DNA of 64,000 nucleotides from Candidatus Sulfotelmatobacter sp. (GCA_035503455.1 DATJTK010000074.1:3536-67535); one strand, 5' to 3'; positions 47,099 to 56,085 are shown, counted from the stretch's first letter. Numbers and translations: made by a program. The notes: generated from the letters alone by a model not told the origin.

Positions 47099-48463
47099 AT
47101 GTCAGATAGATTGCGACCGATACAGGCGTATTTGTTTCGCCTGATGTGTTCAGCCATTTTGTGCGCCGTACTCGCCGGCTGTTCTTTGGCCGCGACTCAT
47201 TCAAAATCAGGAGATCCCGCGGTCAATGTCAATCTCCCGTGGGATTGGTCGGGAATTATAGGCACCGGGCAGAGCCTGTCAGTCGGCGCGCGCGGCCTGC
47301 CGGTTCTTTCAACGAACCAGCCGTATCATAATCTCAAACTTTCGACCGATCACCTGCCCTGGCCGATCGACCCGAACGACACCCATCTGACGCTGACGCC
47401 GCTGGTCGAACCCGTTGGCAGGCTCGCTCGGCGCTGGGGGCCTCCGAGTTCATGGCCGGAAAACATTTACGGTGAAACTCCGCATTCGGCTATGGCCAAC
47501 GAAATCACCGCGCTGATCCGCGCAAACGGGGACCGTGACTTCGTTAGCGTTCACTGTGCAGTCGGTGAAGGCGGTCGGGGAATGATTTACCTGAAAAAGA
47601 ATCCCGTTAAGAACGGAGTCAGCGGCCGGTCTTATGAGGCGGCCATGATTGCAACCAAAGCCATTACCCGCCTGGCCAAGGCCGCGGGTAAAACATACGG
47701 GGTCGGGGCAATTATCCTCACCCACGGCGAAACCGACGCGACAAACGCCGATTACGAGAATGAACTTCGGCAACTTTGGTCTGATTACAACACCGACATC
47801 CCGGCTATCACCGGGCAGAGACAAAAAATCCAGATGATCGTGTCACAGCAAAATTCCTGTGCCGACCACTCGGCGTCCGCTCTCGCGCAATGGAGGATCG
47901 GCGTGGACTATCCCGCGGACATCGCATGCTCGGGTCCAAAATATCAATACCCCTACGCGCCCGACTGCATCCACCTGACTGCTGATGGATACCGCCAACT
48001 CGGTGAGAAGTACGGACAAATCTATTACGAGCGTGTGATTCTCAAAAAAAACTGGCAGCTGCTGGAACCTGTTGGCATCGAACGCAACGGCAGGACTATC
48101 ACCGTTCGCTATCATGTTCCCGTCCCGCCGCTGATGTGGGCCGCGGATTTTGAACTGCCTCATCGGTCCATCGCGGAGTGGAGGAATGGCAAGGGTTTCG
48201 AAGTCTGCTCTGCGGTTGGTGACAGGATTGCGATTGCGTCCGTAACCATTTCCGGGGATGCAGTGATCATTACGTGCGCATCCGACCCCGGCCCCGGCGC
48301 GCGCGTGGGTTATGCCATGACCGGTGAAAAGCCGCGCATGACCGCTCCGTTTCCAGGTACCTTCCGCTGGGGATTGCTTCGAGATTCCGATCCGTTCGTT
48401 GGCGCGGTCACAGGGTTGGCGCAACCCAATTACAGCGTCGCGTTCGAAATGTCAGTGCATTGA
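47099..48463 (+). CDS. Lipoprotein, SASA/DUF303-like carbohydrate esterase candidate
   Basis: Lipobox LAGC. GTGQSLSVG, ILTHGETDA and DCIHLTADGYRQLG resemble the GQS / HQGE / DxxH blocks of sialate-O-acetylesterase-like enzymes. Confidence 0.5.
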   Translation: MSDRLRPIQAYLFRLMCSAILCAVLAGCSLAATHSKSGDPAVNVNLPWDWSGIIGTGQSLSVGARGLPVLSTNQPYHNLKLSTDHLPWPIDPNDTHLTLTPLVEPVGRLARRWGPPSSWPENIYGETPHSAMANEITALIRANGDRDFVSVHCAVGEGGRGMIYLKKNPVKNGVSGRSYEAAMIATKAITRLAKAAGKTYGVGAIILTHGETDATNADYENELRQLWSDYNTDIPAITGQRQKIQMIVSQQNSCADHSASALAQWRIGVDYPADIACSGPKYQYPYAPDCIHLTADGYRQLGEKYGQIYYERVILKKNWQLLEPVGIERNGRTITVRYHVPVPPLMWAADFELPHRSIAEWRNGKGFEVCSAVGDRIAIASVTISGDAVIITCASDPGPGARVGYAMTGEKPRMTAPFPGTFRWGLLRDSDPFVGAVTGLAQPNYSVAFEMSVH

Positions 48464-48501
48464 GCGACGAATTGCCTAAAAGCTCGTGCACGCATCAGGG
48501 A

Positions 48502-49311
48502 TTATCTGATATTCCCACTGCACCCGTTCCACGTTTCTAATACTAAAGAGTGCTCAAATTGCATGATGTCCTCGTAGTCAAAGTTATCAGGAATGCGCAG
48601 CGGCGTCGGGTAAAGTCGAACCGGGCATTCTCCACGCTGACTTTGATAGGTTACATTTGCGTTCGGCATTTGCCCCAAACGCAAAAGCAAATGGTTAAAC
48701 TGAACGTTGAATTTGAATCCGTCCCCATTATTTAGGACCTGGTCTTGTGGCTTGCCGCCGTTTATGACATGGAAGTGTCTCGTAATTGTGCCGCCTACTT
48801 TAGAAGCAACGGACTTGGAATACGCCAAATCTGCCCAGCAGTTTTCGGGCAGGATTCCGTCCTTTACCTTTTGCATCACATCTGCCGAAAACTCGACCGG
48901 GTACTCGCCCTGCAAGCTGGCCTTGCTGAACATAATGGCCGTTTTCATCAGCCATTGCGCCAGCTTGTTCCGCTCTGACCTCAATTCCTCAATCATCATC
49001 AAAGCCAGTTTCGGCCACTGTGGTTCAATCAGATAGCCAAGCCGCGACTCAAACCATGCTTCCAAATCATTCATCCATCCGTTGTTACACTTTGCGCAAA
49101 CGTGACGGACTGTAAGGTTTTGGATTAAATGTCCGTTTCGGGTGAAAGGCTCTCTCCCTTCGATGGATAGTCCGGCGACTACTGGATACTTGACTGCGCC
49201 TGCACGCTCGCAAAGGCGCAGGGCTAAAACGTGTTCTCGACTGTCTGCGGCAGAACCGCAGAAAACGCAGGAACGACCCGGAGCCGTAGCGGCCTGTGTG
49301 GTCTGATTCAC
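48502..49311 (-). CDS. HNH-type (HNH_5-like) zinc-finger nuclease domain protein with unknown C-terminal domain
   Basis: CVFCGS...SREHV ... RHVCAKCNNGWMNDLE matches the CxxC..EH...CxxCN beta-beta-alpha-Me layout. The C-terminal 170 aa or so have no recognisable family. Confidence 0.65.
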   Translation of the reverse strand: MNQTTQAATAPGRSCVFCGSAADSREHVLALRLCERAGAVKYPVVAGLSIEGREPFTRNGHLIQNLTVRHVCAKCNNGWMNDLEAWFESRLGYLIEPQWPKLALMMIEELRSERNKLAQWLMKTAIMFSKASLQGEYPVEFSADVMQKVKDGILPENCWADLAYSKSVASKVGGTITRHFHVINGGKPQDQVLNNGDGFKFNVQFNHLLLRLGQMPNANVTYQSQRGECPVRLYPTPLRIPDNFDYEDIMQFEHSLVLETWNGCSGNIR

Positions 49312-49341
49312 CGTACTTAATATTTGATGTTCAGCCCACGA

Positions 49342-49830
49342 TTAGCAACGTGGCCTCGGACAGCATTTGGGCCCGCAGGAGCCGCGAGTTTGAATCTTCT
49401 GAAGTGTTTGAACTTTCTTAGTGGACGACGAAGAGTTTTCGGCTAGACGAAGGATATTTTCAGCTTCATGTTTTTCGGTGAGCGTCAGGCTATGCAGAAT
49501 TTGACGGATGTTCTTCTCATACACTCGGGCGGCCAAGTTTGGGGCTAAATGTAGAAAGTCTGGCCCCGTTTCTTCGTAAAGAATGAATTTGTCAAACCAT
49601 ACCAATGGGCCACCCCCGTGAATCTCTCCCTTGTGTGCGCCGATGCCGACCCAGTTGATTTTGCCATCTATAGAATGCGAGCTTGCTTCGCTGCCGATGC
49701 CGCCGACACCGATGACAGCATCGAACTCCCAATTGCGGACGCTCCCCATGCAGTCCTCAACGCCGAACCACCCATCCTTCCGTGGGTCGCCGGGATGGGT
49801 TCGCTTGTATATCAGGATACGCTTGGACAT
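49342..49830 (-). CDS. Hypothetical protein (162 aa), Cys-rich C-terminus
   Basis: ORF in the operon. No motif recognised (YKRTHPGDP...DCMGSVRNWEFDAVIGVGGIG...; the tail is GSCGPKCCPRPRC). Confidence 0.6.
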   Translation of the reverse strand: MSKRILIYKRTHPGDPRKDGWFGVEDCMGSVRNWEFDAVIGVGGIGSEASSHSIDGKINWVGIGAHKGEIHGGGPLVWFDKFILYEETGPDFLHLAPNLAARVYEKNIRQILHSLTLTEKHEAENILRLAENSSSSTKKVQTLQKIQTRGSCGPKCCPRPRC

Positions 49831-49856
49831 TTTCGGCACTTTGCCCTGCGCGACTA

Positions 49857-50084
49857 TCAAGACAGTGAGTAAGTAACCATTTCGCCAGTGAGTCGCAAAT
49901 AGGTCGTGTCCTGGCTGTTTGCGCGGATAGTGCCTTCACCAATCATGTCTGCAATCACCAAATGGGCTGTATTTGGAGGAATCGAAAGCTGTTTGGAGAT
50001 TTGGCTGAATGGCACGGGACCACCCCAGCCTCGCAAAAAATCGGCGATGCCTATTTTCAAATTCTTAATTTTTAGATTGTCCAT
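49857..50084 (-). CDS. Small winged-helix-like DNA-binding protein (75 aa)
   Basis: The helix-turn-helix-wing pattern FSQISKQLSIPPNTAHLVIADMIGEGTIRAN..TYLRLT is inferred from sequence only. First gene of the three-gene operon. Confidence 0.45.
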   Translation of the reverse strand: MDNLKIKNLKIGIADFLRGWGGPVPFSQISKQLSIPPNTAHLVIADMIGEGTIRANSQDTTYLRLTGEMVTYSLS

Positions 50085-50266
50085 ATATTAGCGTAATATC
50101 CGCTGCTCACATAACTGTGTCAATGGCTGTTGGCTAAATTTTTACGTCCACCTTTTCCTGCTCCCAGCACCGCGAGCAAAACAGAACGGGGGGCTGTCGG
50201 GTTGGGCTTGGCGTGCCGCGTGAAAGGCTTGTCGCACATGCCGCCGCCAGCTATCTTGGAATTGTT

Positions 50267-50728
50267 ATGGGCCTGTTCAAATTATTGAAAGGCGCTATCG
50301 GCATACCGCACTACGCGGGAGTCGCGGACTGCAAGAAAGCGGCGCTCTCTGGCGACGCGCAGGCTCAGTTCACTCTAGGTGGTTTCTACGAACGCGGCCA
50401 GTTTGGTTTGCCACATGACTATACTGAATCTGGGAAGTGGTATCGGAAAGCCGCAGAACAAGACCACCACGCCGCACAGCTTTATTTAGGGGTGTACCTT
50501 GCTCAAGGCCAAGGAGTGGAACAGAACGTCGTCGAGGGCTTGAAGTGGATTCTGCTGGCAAAGCGGGGAGGAGCATGGGACCGCCATGCGGCGAACGATA
50601 CACAAACGCGACTTGAGGCTCTGATGACGGACCAACAGATTGCCGAAGCGCGTGTCATGGCGGCTATTTTTTCGGCGGAACGCGGCGACAAAGAGGCTGC
50701 GCGATGGTTGAAAACGCTGCGACGGTGA
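50267..50728 (+). CDS. Sel1-repeat (TPR-like) protein
   Basis: GDAQAQFTLGGFYERGQFGLPHDYTESGKWYRKAAEQDHHAAQLYLGVYLAQGQGVEQNVVEGLKWILLA gives at least two clear Sel1 repeats. Confidence 0.82.
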   Translation: MGLFKLLKGAIGIPHYAGVADCKKAALSGDAQAQFTLGGFYERGQFGLPHDYTESGKWYRKAAEQDHHAAQLYLGVYLAQGQGVEQNVVEGLKWILLAKRGGAWDRHAANDTQTRLEALMTDQQIAEARVMAAIFSAERGDKEAARWLKTLRR

Positions 50729-50812
50729 CAGCGGCAACATTTGCTCGGTAAGCAGGGCGTTGAACAACGTGCGCAACGAAGGGGCGGAATTGTTGAGGCC
50801 CACAGGGAAGTC

Positions 50813-51319
50813 CTAACGGGGATAATCAATTTCCAAAGCCTTTGCGATGGCCTCGATGCCCTTTTCGTTTTTAAATTCATCCAGCGCTTCTCCCTTGGTG
50901 TGAACTTTTTGCCAGCCCGATTCCATGATTTTATGGTGCTTGCGAATCCATTCCGCAGGCAACGTGTATAGCTCCAGTTCTGTAAAGCCTTCAAGCACGG
51001 GCTTGCGCCGGTAGAAATAACCGATGTTCATAAACACCACGATGAGGTACTCGAACGCGTCTATAGTTTTTTCTTTGACCGGAAAAGCGCGGTCACAATC
51101 TGTCTGGTAGCGGCTTTTCACCTGAACGCGAATTAGCTTTTTTGCATTGCTTGGGTGGACGCAAATTAGGTCGTATCCCGCATTATACGGCGGAGCTTTG
51201 TACGCGAGAATGTTCCGGCGCATCAAATAACCCATAGCCAAATGTTCTGCTCCTAGCGAAACTACGGGCAGCCTTCTGGCTTCTTTCTTTTCCTTCGTGG
51301 TTAAACTTTCGATTCCCAT
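50813..51319 (-). CDS. PD-(D/E)xK-fold nuclease-like protein (DUF4365/Hjc-like core)
   Basis: GAEHLAMGYL ... AGYDLICV ... IRVQVKSR gives an E ... D ... QxK arrangement. Start set at the ATG at 51319. Confidence 0.5.
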   Translation of the reverse strand: MGIESLTTKEKKEARRLPVVSLGAEHLAMGYLMRRNILAYKAPPYNAGYDLICVHPSNAKKLIRVQVKSRYQTDCDRAFPVKEKTIDAFEYLIVVFMNIGYFYRRKPVLEGFTELELYTLPAEWIRKHHKIMESGWQKVHTKGEALDEFKNEKGIEAIAKALEIDYPR

Positions 51320-51332
51320 AATGATGTCATGT

Positions 51333-51632
51333 TCACTTGCGCTTTTTGGCGGATTGTTTCCTGACTCGACGGACGCGAGACAGATTGCCCCTGCCGTCAC
51401 GTGCCCCAAGTTCCTTGCCGACTTTGATTCGGCGGCTGCCGCATTTGCAAACAGGCACCATGTCCCTGGCGCTCACCCGCTGTCTGATAACGCTCGTGGC
51501 ATCCGGTTTCTCGCTTTTGAATCCTTCCCATGAAGTTTCAGAACGGCCCCAGTTATCCGAAGAGCTAATGCAAAAGCCTTTTGCGCCGCAATCTTCGCAA
51601 TGCGCCTCATACGTTGTATGTTCCCAACTCAT
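51333..51632 (-). CDS. Small zinc-ribbon-like protein with basic tail
   Basis: HCEDCGAKGF ... PVCKCGS cysteine pairs. Its stop is 14 nt upstream of the nuclease-like gene. The start is uncertain. Confidence 0.35.
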   Translation of the reverse strand: MSWEHTTYEAHCEDCGAKGFCISSSDNWGRSETSWEGFKSEKPDATSVIRQRVSARDMVPVCKCGSRRIKVGKELGARDGRGNLSRVRRVRKQSAKKRK

Positions 51633-52048
51633 TACTGCACAGTATCCGGGATGGCAAAACGGTGTCAATCGCTGCTCGACGAAAGTGCGCAAAACGTGCC
51701 GGCCGCGCTCTACGCTCGCGCAGGACGCGCCGGGACCGGAAAAGGGCAGGGATTCTGTTTTGTGCTCATTTTTTGACAGCCTAACGCCCGGAGAGGAACA
51801 GGGCTGCTTCGCTCTGCACGCTTTCCCCCATTTTCCAAAGAAACTGAATGGAGGCGAGGGCCGGAATCGTGCTTCCCTTCTCGGCCACAGTCGCCCCGCT
51901 TTATCAGTGTTTGCTACCGCTCTATTTCGTCCAGAGACTTCTTAATCGCTCGCTTGATGGCATCTCGATATCGGGTGTTTGTCGTTAATAAGTATCACGC
52001 ACGAATTGCCTTGTTTGCCTTGCTGTCCGTCTGGCAGCATCCGCCATC

Positions 52049-53953
52049 ATGAGTAAGATTGGGAACCAATTTCCCCCTTCCCCCAACCCCACAGCATCGG
52101 TGTCGGCGCGGCAAAAAGGCAGATTCCAGCCAGTCAACTGGCTGGAATCCGCGCACGGAAGCCGGACCATCCACAGACTGCTCGCCTGCATTTCGCTATT
52201 GATGTCCCTCTCATCCGGCTCGGCGGCCGGACTGATCCTCGCCAACCATGGTCAGAGTCGTTACACGATCGTCATTGCCAGGGATGCGAGTCCGACGGTG
52301 AAGCGGGCGGCGCAGGAACTCGGTGACGACCTGAAAGAGATTTCGGGCGCGGCGCTGCCGGTGGTGAACGGTAAACCCCACGGCCCGGCGATTTTTGTCG
52401 GGGCAAGTACGTTTTTGCCATCCGGCTTTCGCCAGGAACGGCTCGACACGCTGCCGGCGGAAGGCTTCATTGTTCGAACGGACCGCCACAATCTTTATCT
52501 GGCCGGCCACGACGACCGAGGCACGCTGTATGCGGTTTACTCCTTTCTTGAAGACCAATTGGGCGCCCGCTGGTATGCGCCGGATGCCACAATCCTGCCA
52601 CCCAAAAACGTGGTGCAGGTTCCAAGTTTGAATGAGACCCAGTCCCCGGCCTTCACTTATCGGGACACCGACGAGGCGATTGTTTTTGGAAACGCCCAAT
52701 GGGATGCGCACCTCAAGCTGAATGGCGTCAGCGTGCCCGATCAAGCCGACCTGGGTGGCATCAACCGGCTTTTCAACGGGGCGGAGAACTTTTATAGCCT
52801 GGTTCCGCCCAGCCGCTATTTCACCGACCACCCTGATTACTACAGCCTGATAAACGGAAAACGAAAGTCCTCACCGGATTCCCAGCTTTGCCTGAGCAAT
52901 CCCGGCGTGTTCAAGGTGGTGGTGGACGAACTGGTGGCGGAGGCAAAGGCCAATCCGAAAGAGCTGACCCTGGGTCTCTCACCCAACGACGCCGTAGATG
53001 GAAGCTGCCAGTGCGACGACTGCCGGGCAGCCGATGCGAAGTTTGGCTCCCCGGCCGGAACTCTTCTGGACTTCGTGAACCGGGTCGCGTCGGCAGTGCA
53101 GGCGGCGCTGCCGGGGCGTAAGATCTGGGTGGAAACGCTGGCCTATCAATACACCGAGAAAGCCCCGACGCCCGGCACCATTGCCCCGGCCGAAAACGTG
53201 CTGGTCTGCCTGGCCCCCATCTACGCCTGCGACGGCCATCCGCTTGCCAGCGACCCGCAGAACAAAAAGTCCAACGAGGCGCTTCTGGCCTGGAGCAAGG
53301 TTGCCCGGGGTCATTTGCAGGTCTGGCACTATGTCACCAACTTTGCACACTATCTCCAACCTTATCCCGACTGGGACGAACTGGGCGCCGACATGGCCTA
53401 TTACCGGGCTAATGGCGTCTCCGGCATGTTCTGCGAAGGTGACTATCAGGGGAACTGCGAGTTGCAGACCATGCGCACCTGGGTGATGGCCCACCTCTTT
53501 TGGAATCCGCATCAGGATGTATGGGCGCTGGTTCGTGACTTCTGCGATGGCTACTACGGCAAGGCCGGCAACGATATCTACAACTATCTCCGGCTGTTCC
53601 ATGACCGGTTGCAGCAGCCCGGTGTCCACCTGCATCTCTACGATCCGCCCACCTCTCCGCTTTTCAGTGCCGGGTTACTCAAGTCGGCCAACCAAATCTT
53701 CGACCACGCCGAGACTGCCGCCGACAACCCGGAGATAAAGCGCCGCGTGCAGGAGGCCCGGCTGGGGATCCGCTATGTTGAACTGGTAAACGATATCCCC
53801 GGCAGGAATGCCACGATGCCGGAACGGGAAGCATTTCGGGCCCGGCTGGATGCTTTCATCGCTGACATCACCCGATTCAAAATCGCATCCCTCGCCGAAG
53901 GCCATAACTCCGACGAATGGATCAAGAACATGAAGGCGGCAGCAGGGGATTAA
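52049..53953 (+). CDS. DUF4838 domain protein (putative secreted glycoside hydrolase)
   Basis: ANHGQSRYTIVIARDASPTVKRAAQELGDDLKEISGAALPVV...GFIVRT..NLYLAGHDDRGTLYAVYSFLEDQLGARWY is the typical DUF4838 N-terminal pattern as I recall it. Confidence 0.75.
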   Translation: MSKIGNQFPPSPNPTASVSARQKGRFQPVNWLESAHGSRTIHRLLACISLLMSLSSGSAAGLILANHGQSRYTIVIARDASPTVKRAAQELGDDLKEISGAALPVVNGKPHGPAIFVGASTFLPSGFRQERLDTLPAEGFIVRTDRHNLYLAGHDDRGTLYAVYSFLEDQLGARWYAPDATILPPKNVVQVPSLNETQSPAFTYRDTDEAIVFGNAQWDAHLKLNGVSVPDQADLGGINRLFNGAENFYSLVPPSRYFTDHPDYYSLINGKRKSSPDSQLCLSNPGVFKVVVDELVAEAKANPKELTLGLSPNDAVDGSCQCDDCRAADAKFGSPAGTLLDFVNRVASAVQAALPGRKIWVETLAYQYTEKAPTPGTIAPAENVLVCLAPIYACDGHPLASDPQNKKSNEALLAWSKVARGHLQVWHYVTNFAHYLQPYPDWDELGADMAYYRANGVSGMFCEGDYQGNCELQTMRTWVMAHLFWNPHQDVWALVRDFCDGYYGKAGNDIYNYLRLFHDRLQQPGVHLHLYDPPTSPLFSAGLLKSANQIFDHAETAADNPEIKRRVQEARLGIRYVELVNDIPGRNATMPEREAFRARLDAFIADITRFKIASLAEGHNSDEWIKNMKAAAGD

Positions 53954-53988
53954 ACCCAGATGCTTTGCGGCTGACTCATTGATTTTAT

Positions 53989-54065
53989 TGGTGCACGCAT
54001 CAGGAGTTGAACCTGAAACCTTCTGATCCGTAGTCAGATGCTCTATCCAATTGAGCTATGCGTGC
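53989..54065 (-). tRNA. tRNA-Arg (anticodon ACG), CCA encoded
   Basis: Minus-strand sequence GCACGCA-TA-GCTC-AATTGGATA-GAGC-A-TCTGA-CTACGGA-TCAGA-AGGTT-TCAGG-TTCAACT-CCTGA-TGCGTGC-A-CCA folds as a full cloverleaf. Confidence 0.95.
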
Positions 54066-54192
54066 CCATGAAATACTGAAGATTCAATCCGCGACTGGTG
54101 CCGCGTGGTCAAGCGACATCGGGACGCCTCTTGCAAATAGCACTGGAAAAGTAAACAAAAGTGGGCGGAACGGCAAGGGGAAATTAATGCCG

Positions 54193-54232
54193 GAAACATC
54201 GAACATCGAACGTCGAACGCTGAACATCGAAT
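54193..54232 (+). repeat. CATCGAA heptamer-tract element, solo arm
   Basis: GAAACATCGAACATCGAACGTCGAACGCTGAACATCGAATG. Confidence 0.85.
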
Positions 54233-54243
54233 GCCCTCGTCTG

Positions 54244-54270
54244 CAGCCTCACGCAAAGGGCGCAAAGTCC
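54244..54270 (+). repeat. 27-nt direct repeat, left copy (partner at 56059..56085)
   Basis: CAGCCTCACGCAAAGGGCGCAAAGTCC is identical at both sites. Together they bracket hipBA. Confidence 0.85.
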
Positions 54271-54290
54271 GCAAAGGAATTTTGGCATTT

Positions 54291-55634
54291 TCAATCCTTT
54301 GCGCCTGTCCGGCGTAGCCTTTGGCGGAGCCGGGGCCGTTGCGGCCTCTGCTTGGGAGTCGCGCGACCACGAACGACTCGCAGGTTTGGAAACCTGCGGT
54401 ACGTCTGTGAGCCAATCAACTGTTTGGCTTCGGCTATGAGTGGATGTTGAAATGCGCTGGCATAGGCATCGAGCGTGGAGGCTTTGATGCGCAGTCGCCG
54501 TCCCGTTTCGCGCCAACCGGAGACAGCGGTAAAAACCTCTCGAAGAATTTCTTTCGATTCACTGGGTCCGAGGCCGAAACGTTCGGCAGCGTCTAATGCA
54601 ATTCCAATGGCCGGTTCAGCCAGATCCTCGGTAATGGGCATTTTATTGATATAGACGCGATCCACTTCCGGCACGGGATTGATGTCGTAAGCTGGTGAGA
54701 GCGACCAGCGTCCGGGCTCGGGCATCAAGAAACCATGATTACGAGGATGATCGTCATAGTTGCTGGCCAGAAGCGAAAAAATCAGACGGCGCCATAATTC
54801 ACGCAGGTCGGAGGGAACGTCGTTGCCAAACTGCCGGATGCCGTCGGCTAGCAATGTGTATGCGCCGGGATTACCTTGAGGCAAACCGAGCAGGCTCGAT
54901 GCGGAAACGAATGGAATGCGACTTTTGTCCACTCGGTCAAAGCGGGTAATGACCGCAACACCGTATCCGCCGACCGGTACGAGTTGATGCTCTGCCACGT
55001 GGACGCCCGCTTTTTCGGCCAGCGTGAGCGCGAGAATTTCTCCTGCGGCGATGTCGCGCGTATCGTCAGGTTTCGGGAACTTCGCAATGGCAAGCCGGCC
55101 GTCCCTTAGGGCGACGGCTGCTTTTGGGCGAGCGCCGCCTAATGGCGAACCCGCCCCAAGAAGAAAGCGCAAATCCTGGGCAGTTTCGTTTTCACTGTGA
55201 ACCGCATCGGTGGCGCGCAGCAAGGCGTTGAGACGGACCAATGGCGGGATTTTTCCGCTCGTGGCGGCAAGAAACGGACTTTTGGGGTCCAGGCGAAAAC
55301 GCAGAGCGCCGACACGCGACATATCATCCAGTGCCAAAACATAATCAATATCACGATATGGTTGTTGCGGGAGAACTTTTTTCCGGACAGCACGTTCAAT
55401 CAAGACCCGTCCCCATCGGTCGGGGCCGCAGTCCTGGATCGCGCCAAACAAAGTCGCGCCATGATAAGTCCCTCGTTGCAACGGCAGAGATGTCGGGTCA
55501 ATGGCAAAAGTATCCTCGCGTTGAAGCCATTCGAGAGCATATTCAAACGAAACGGACGCTCCCCGTTCTGCCGCAAAAAGCCGTCCAACAAGATGCGTTT
55601 GTCCTCTCCAATCAATATGAACTTCGAGGGTCAT
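54291..55634 (-). CDS. hipA: HipA-family Ser/Thr kinase toxin (type II TA)
   Basis: N-terminal coupling domain plus GAGSPLGGARPKA and NYDDHPRNHGFL catalytic motifs. The last 40 codons or so run through repeat sequence (see findings). Confidence 0.88.
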   Translation of the reverse strand: MTLEVHIDWRGQTHLVGRLFAAERGASVSFEYALEWLQREDTFAIDPTSLPLQRGTYHGATLFGAIQDCGPDRWGRVLIERAVRKKVLPQQPYRDIDYVLALDDMSRVGALRFRLDPKSPFLAATSGKIPPLVRLNALLRATDAVHSENETAQDLRFLLGAGSPLGGARPKAAVALRDGRLAIAKFPKPDDTRDIAAGEILALTLAEKAGVHVAEHQLVPVGGYGVAVITRFDRVDKSRIPFVSASSLLGLPQGNPGAYTLLADGIRQFGNDVPSDLRELWRRLIFSLLASNYDDHPRNHGFLMPEPGRWSLSPAYDINPVPEVDRVYINKMPITEDLAEPAIGIALDAAERFGLGPSESKEILREVFTAVSGWRETGRRLRIKASTLDAYASAFQHPLIAEAKQLIGSQTYRRFPNLRVVRGRATPKQRPQRPRLRQRLRRTGAKD

Positions 55635-55987
55635 AAATGGGAGCGGCGATGGATGCGTTGGGGCAGACGGCGTTCATCCATGCTCAGGGCGAGTTCATCG
55701 CTGGCGGGCGCGGCAAGATTTGCCAGACGGTTATGCAATTGAAGAACAAAAACGGCCGTCGCCAAAGTTCCAATAGCGATGGTCGGGTCCCCGCGTTCAA
55801 GCCGCCAGAGCGTGTCGCGGCTGACAAATAGCCGGGACGCCATATCATTTGTGGAGATACCACGTTTCCGCCGGGCCAAAGCCAGGTCGCGTCCCAATTT
55901 GCGAAGCGCATGGGATGCCGGCAACGGAATGGAGCCAGTTTTTGACATGGACATAGTGTCTGCTATATCTGACAAAATGTCAAACAA
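55631..55987 (-). CDS. XRE-family HTH antitoxin (HipB-like)
   Basis: LALARRKRGISTNDMASRLFVSRDTLWRLERGDP HTH. There is a 4-nt overlap with the hipA start. Confidence 0.8.
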   Translation of the reverse strand: MFDILSDIADTMSMSKTGSIPLPASHALRKLGRDLALARRKRGISTNDMASRLFVSRDTLWRLERGDPTIAIGTLATAVFVLQLHNRLANLAAPASDELALSMDERRLPQRIHRRSHL

Positions 55988-56058
55988 GGTCCGGTTTATA
56001 AGACGTTATTTGTTTTTAAGGGCCGGGCGAGGCGTTCCCAGGTCGTGAGAAATAGCTC

Positions 56059-56085
56059 CAGCCTCACGCAAAGGGCGCAAAGTCC
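56059..56085 (+). repeat. 27-nt direct repeat, right copy
   Basis: Identical to 54244..54270. Confidence 0.85.

Larger units (their letters stand above)
48486..54004. mobile_element. Putative integrase-less genomic island (or island remnant) at the 3' end of tRNA-Arg
   Basis: GTGCACGCATCAGG at 48486-48499 is an exact direct repeat of 53991-54004 (tRNA T-stem and acceptor 3' strand). GC drops to about 38-45% across 48.5-51.9 kb. Confidence 0.5.

Noticed and set aside
51633-52048. Search for an integrase or integrase remnant in the island
   Set aside because: Only short ORFs exist (for example a 26-codon ...RDAIKRAIKKSLDEIER fragment on the minus strand). Nothing shows tyrosine- or serine-recombinase motifs. 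The island is therefore reported as integrase-less rather than as carrying an integrase call.
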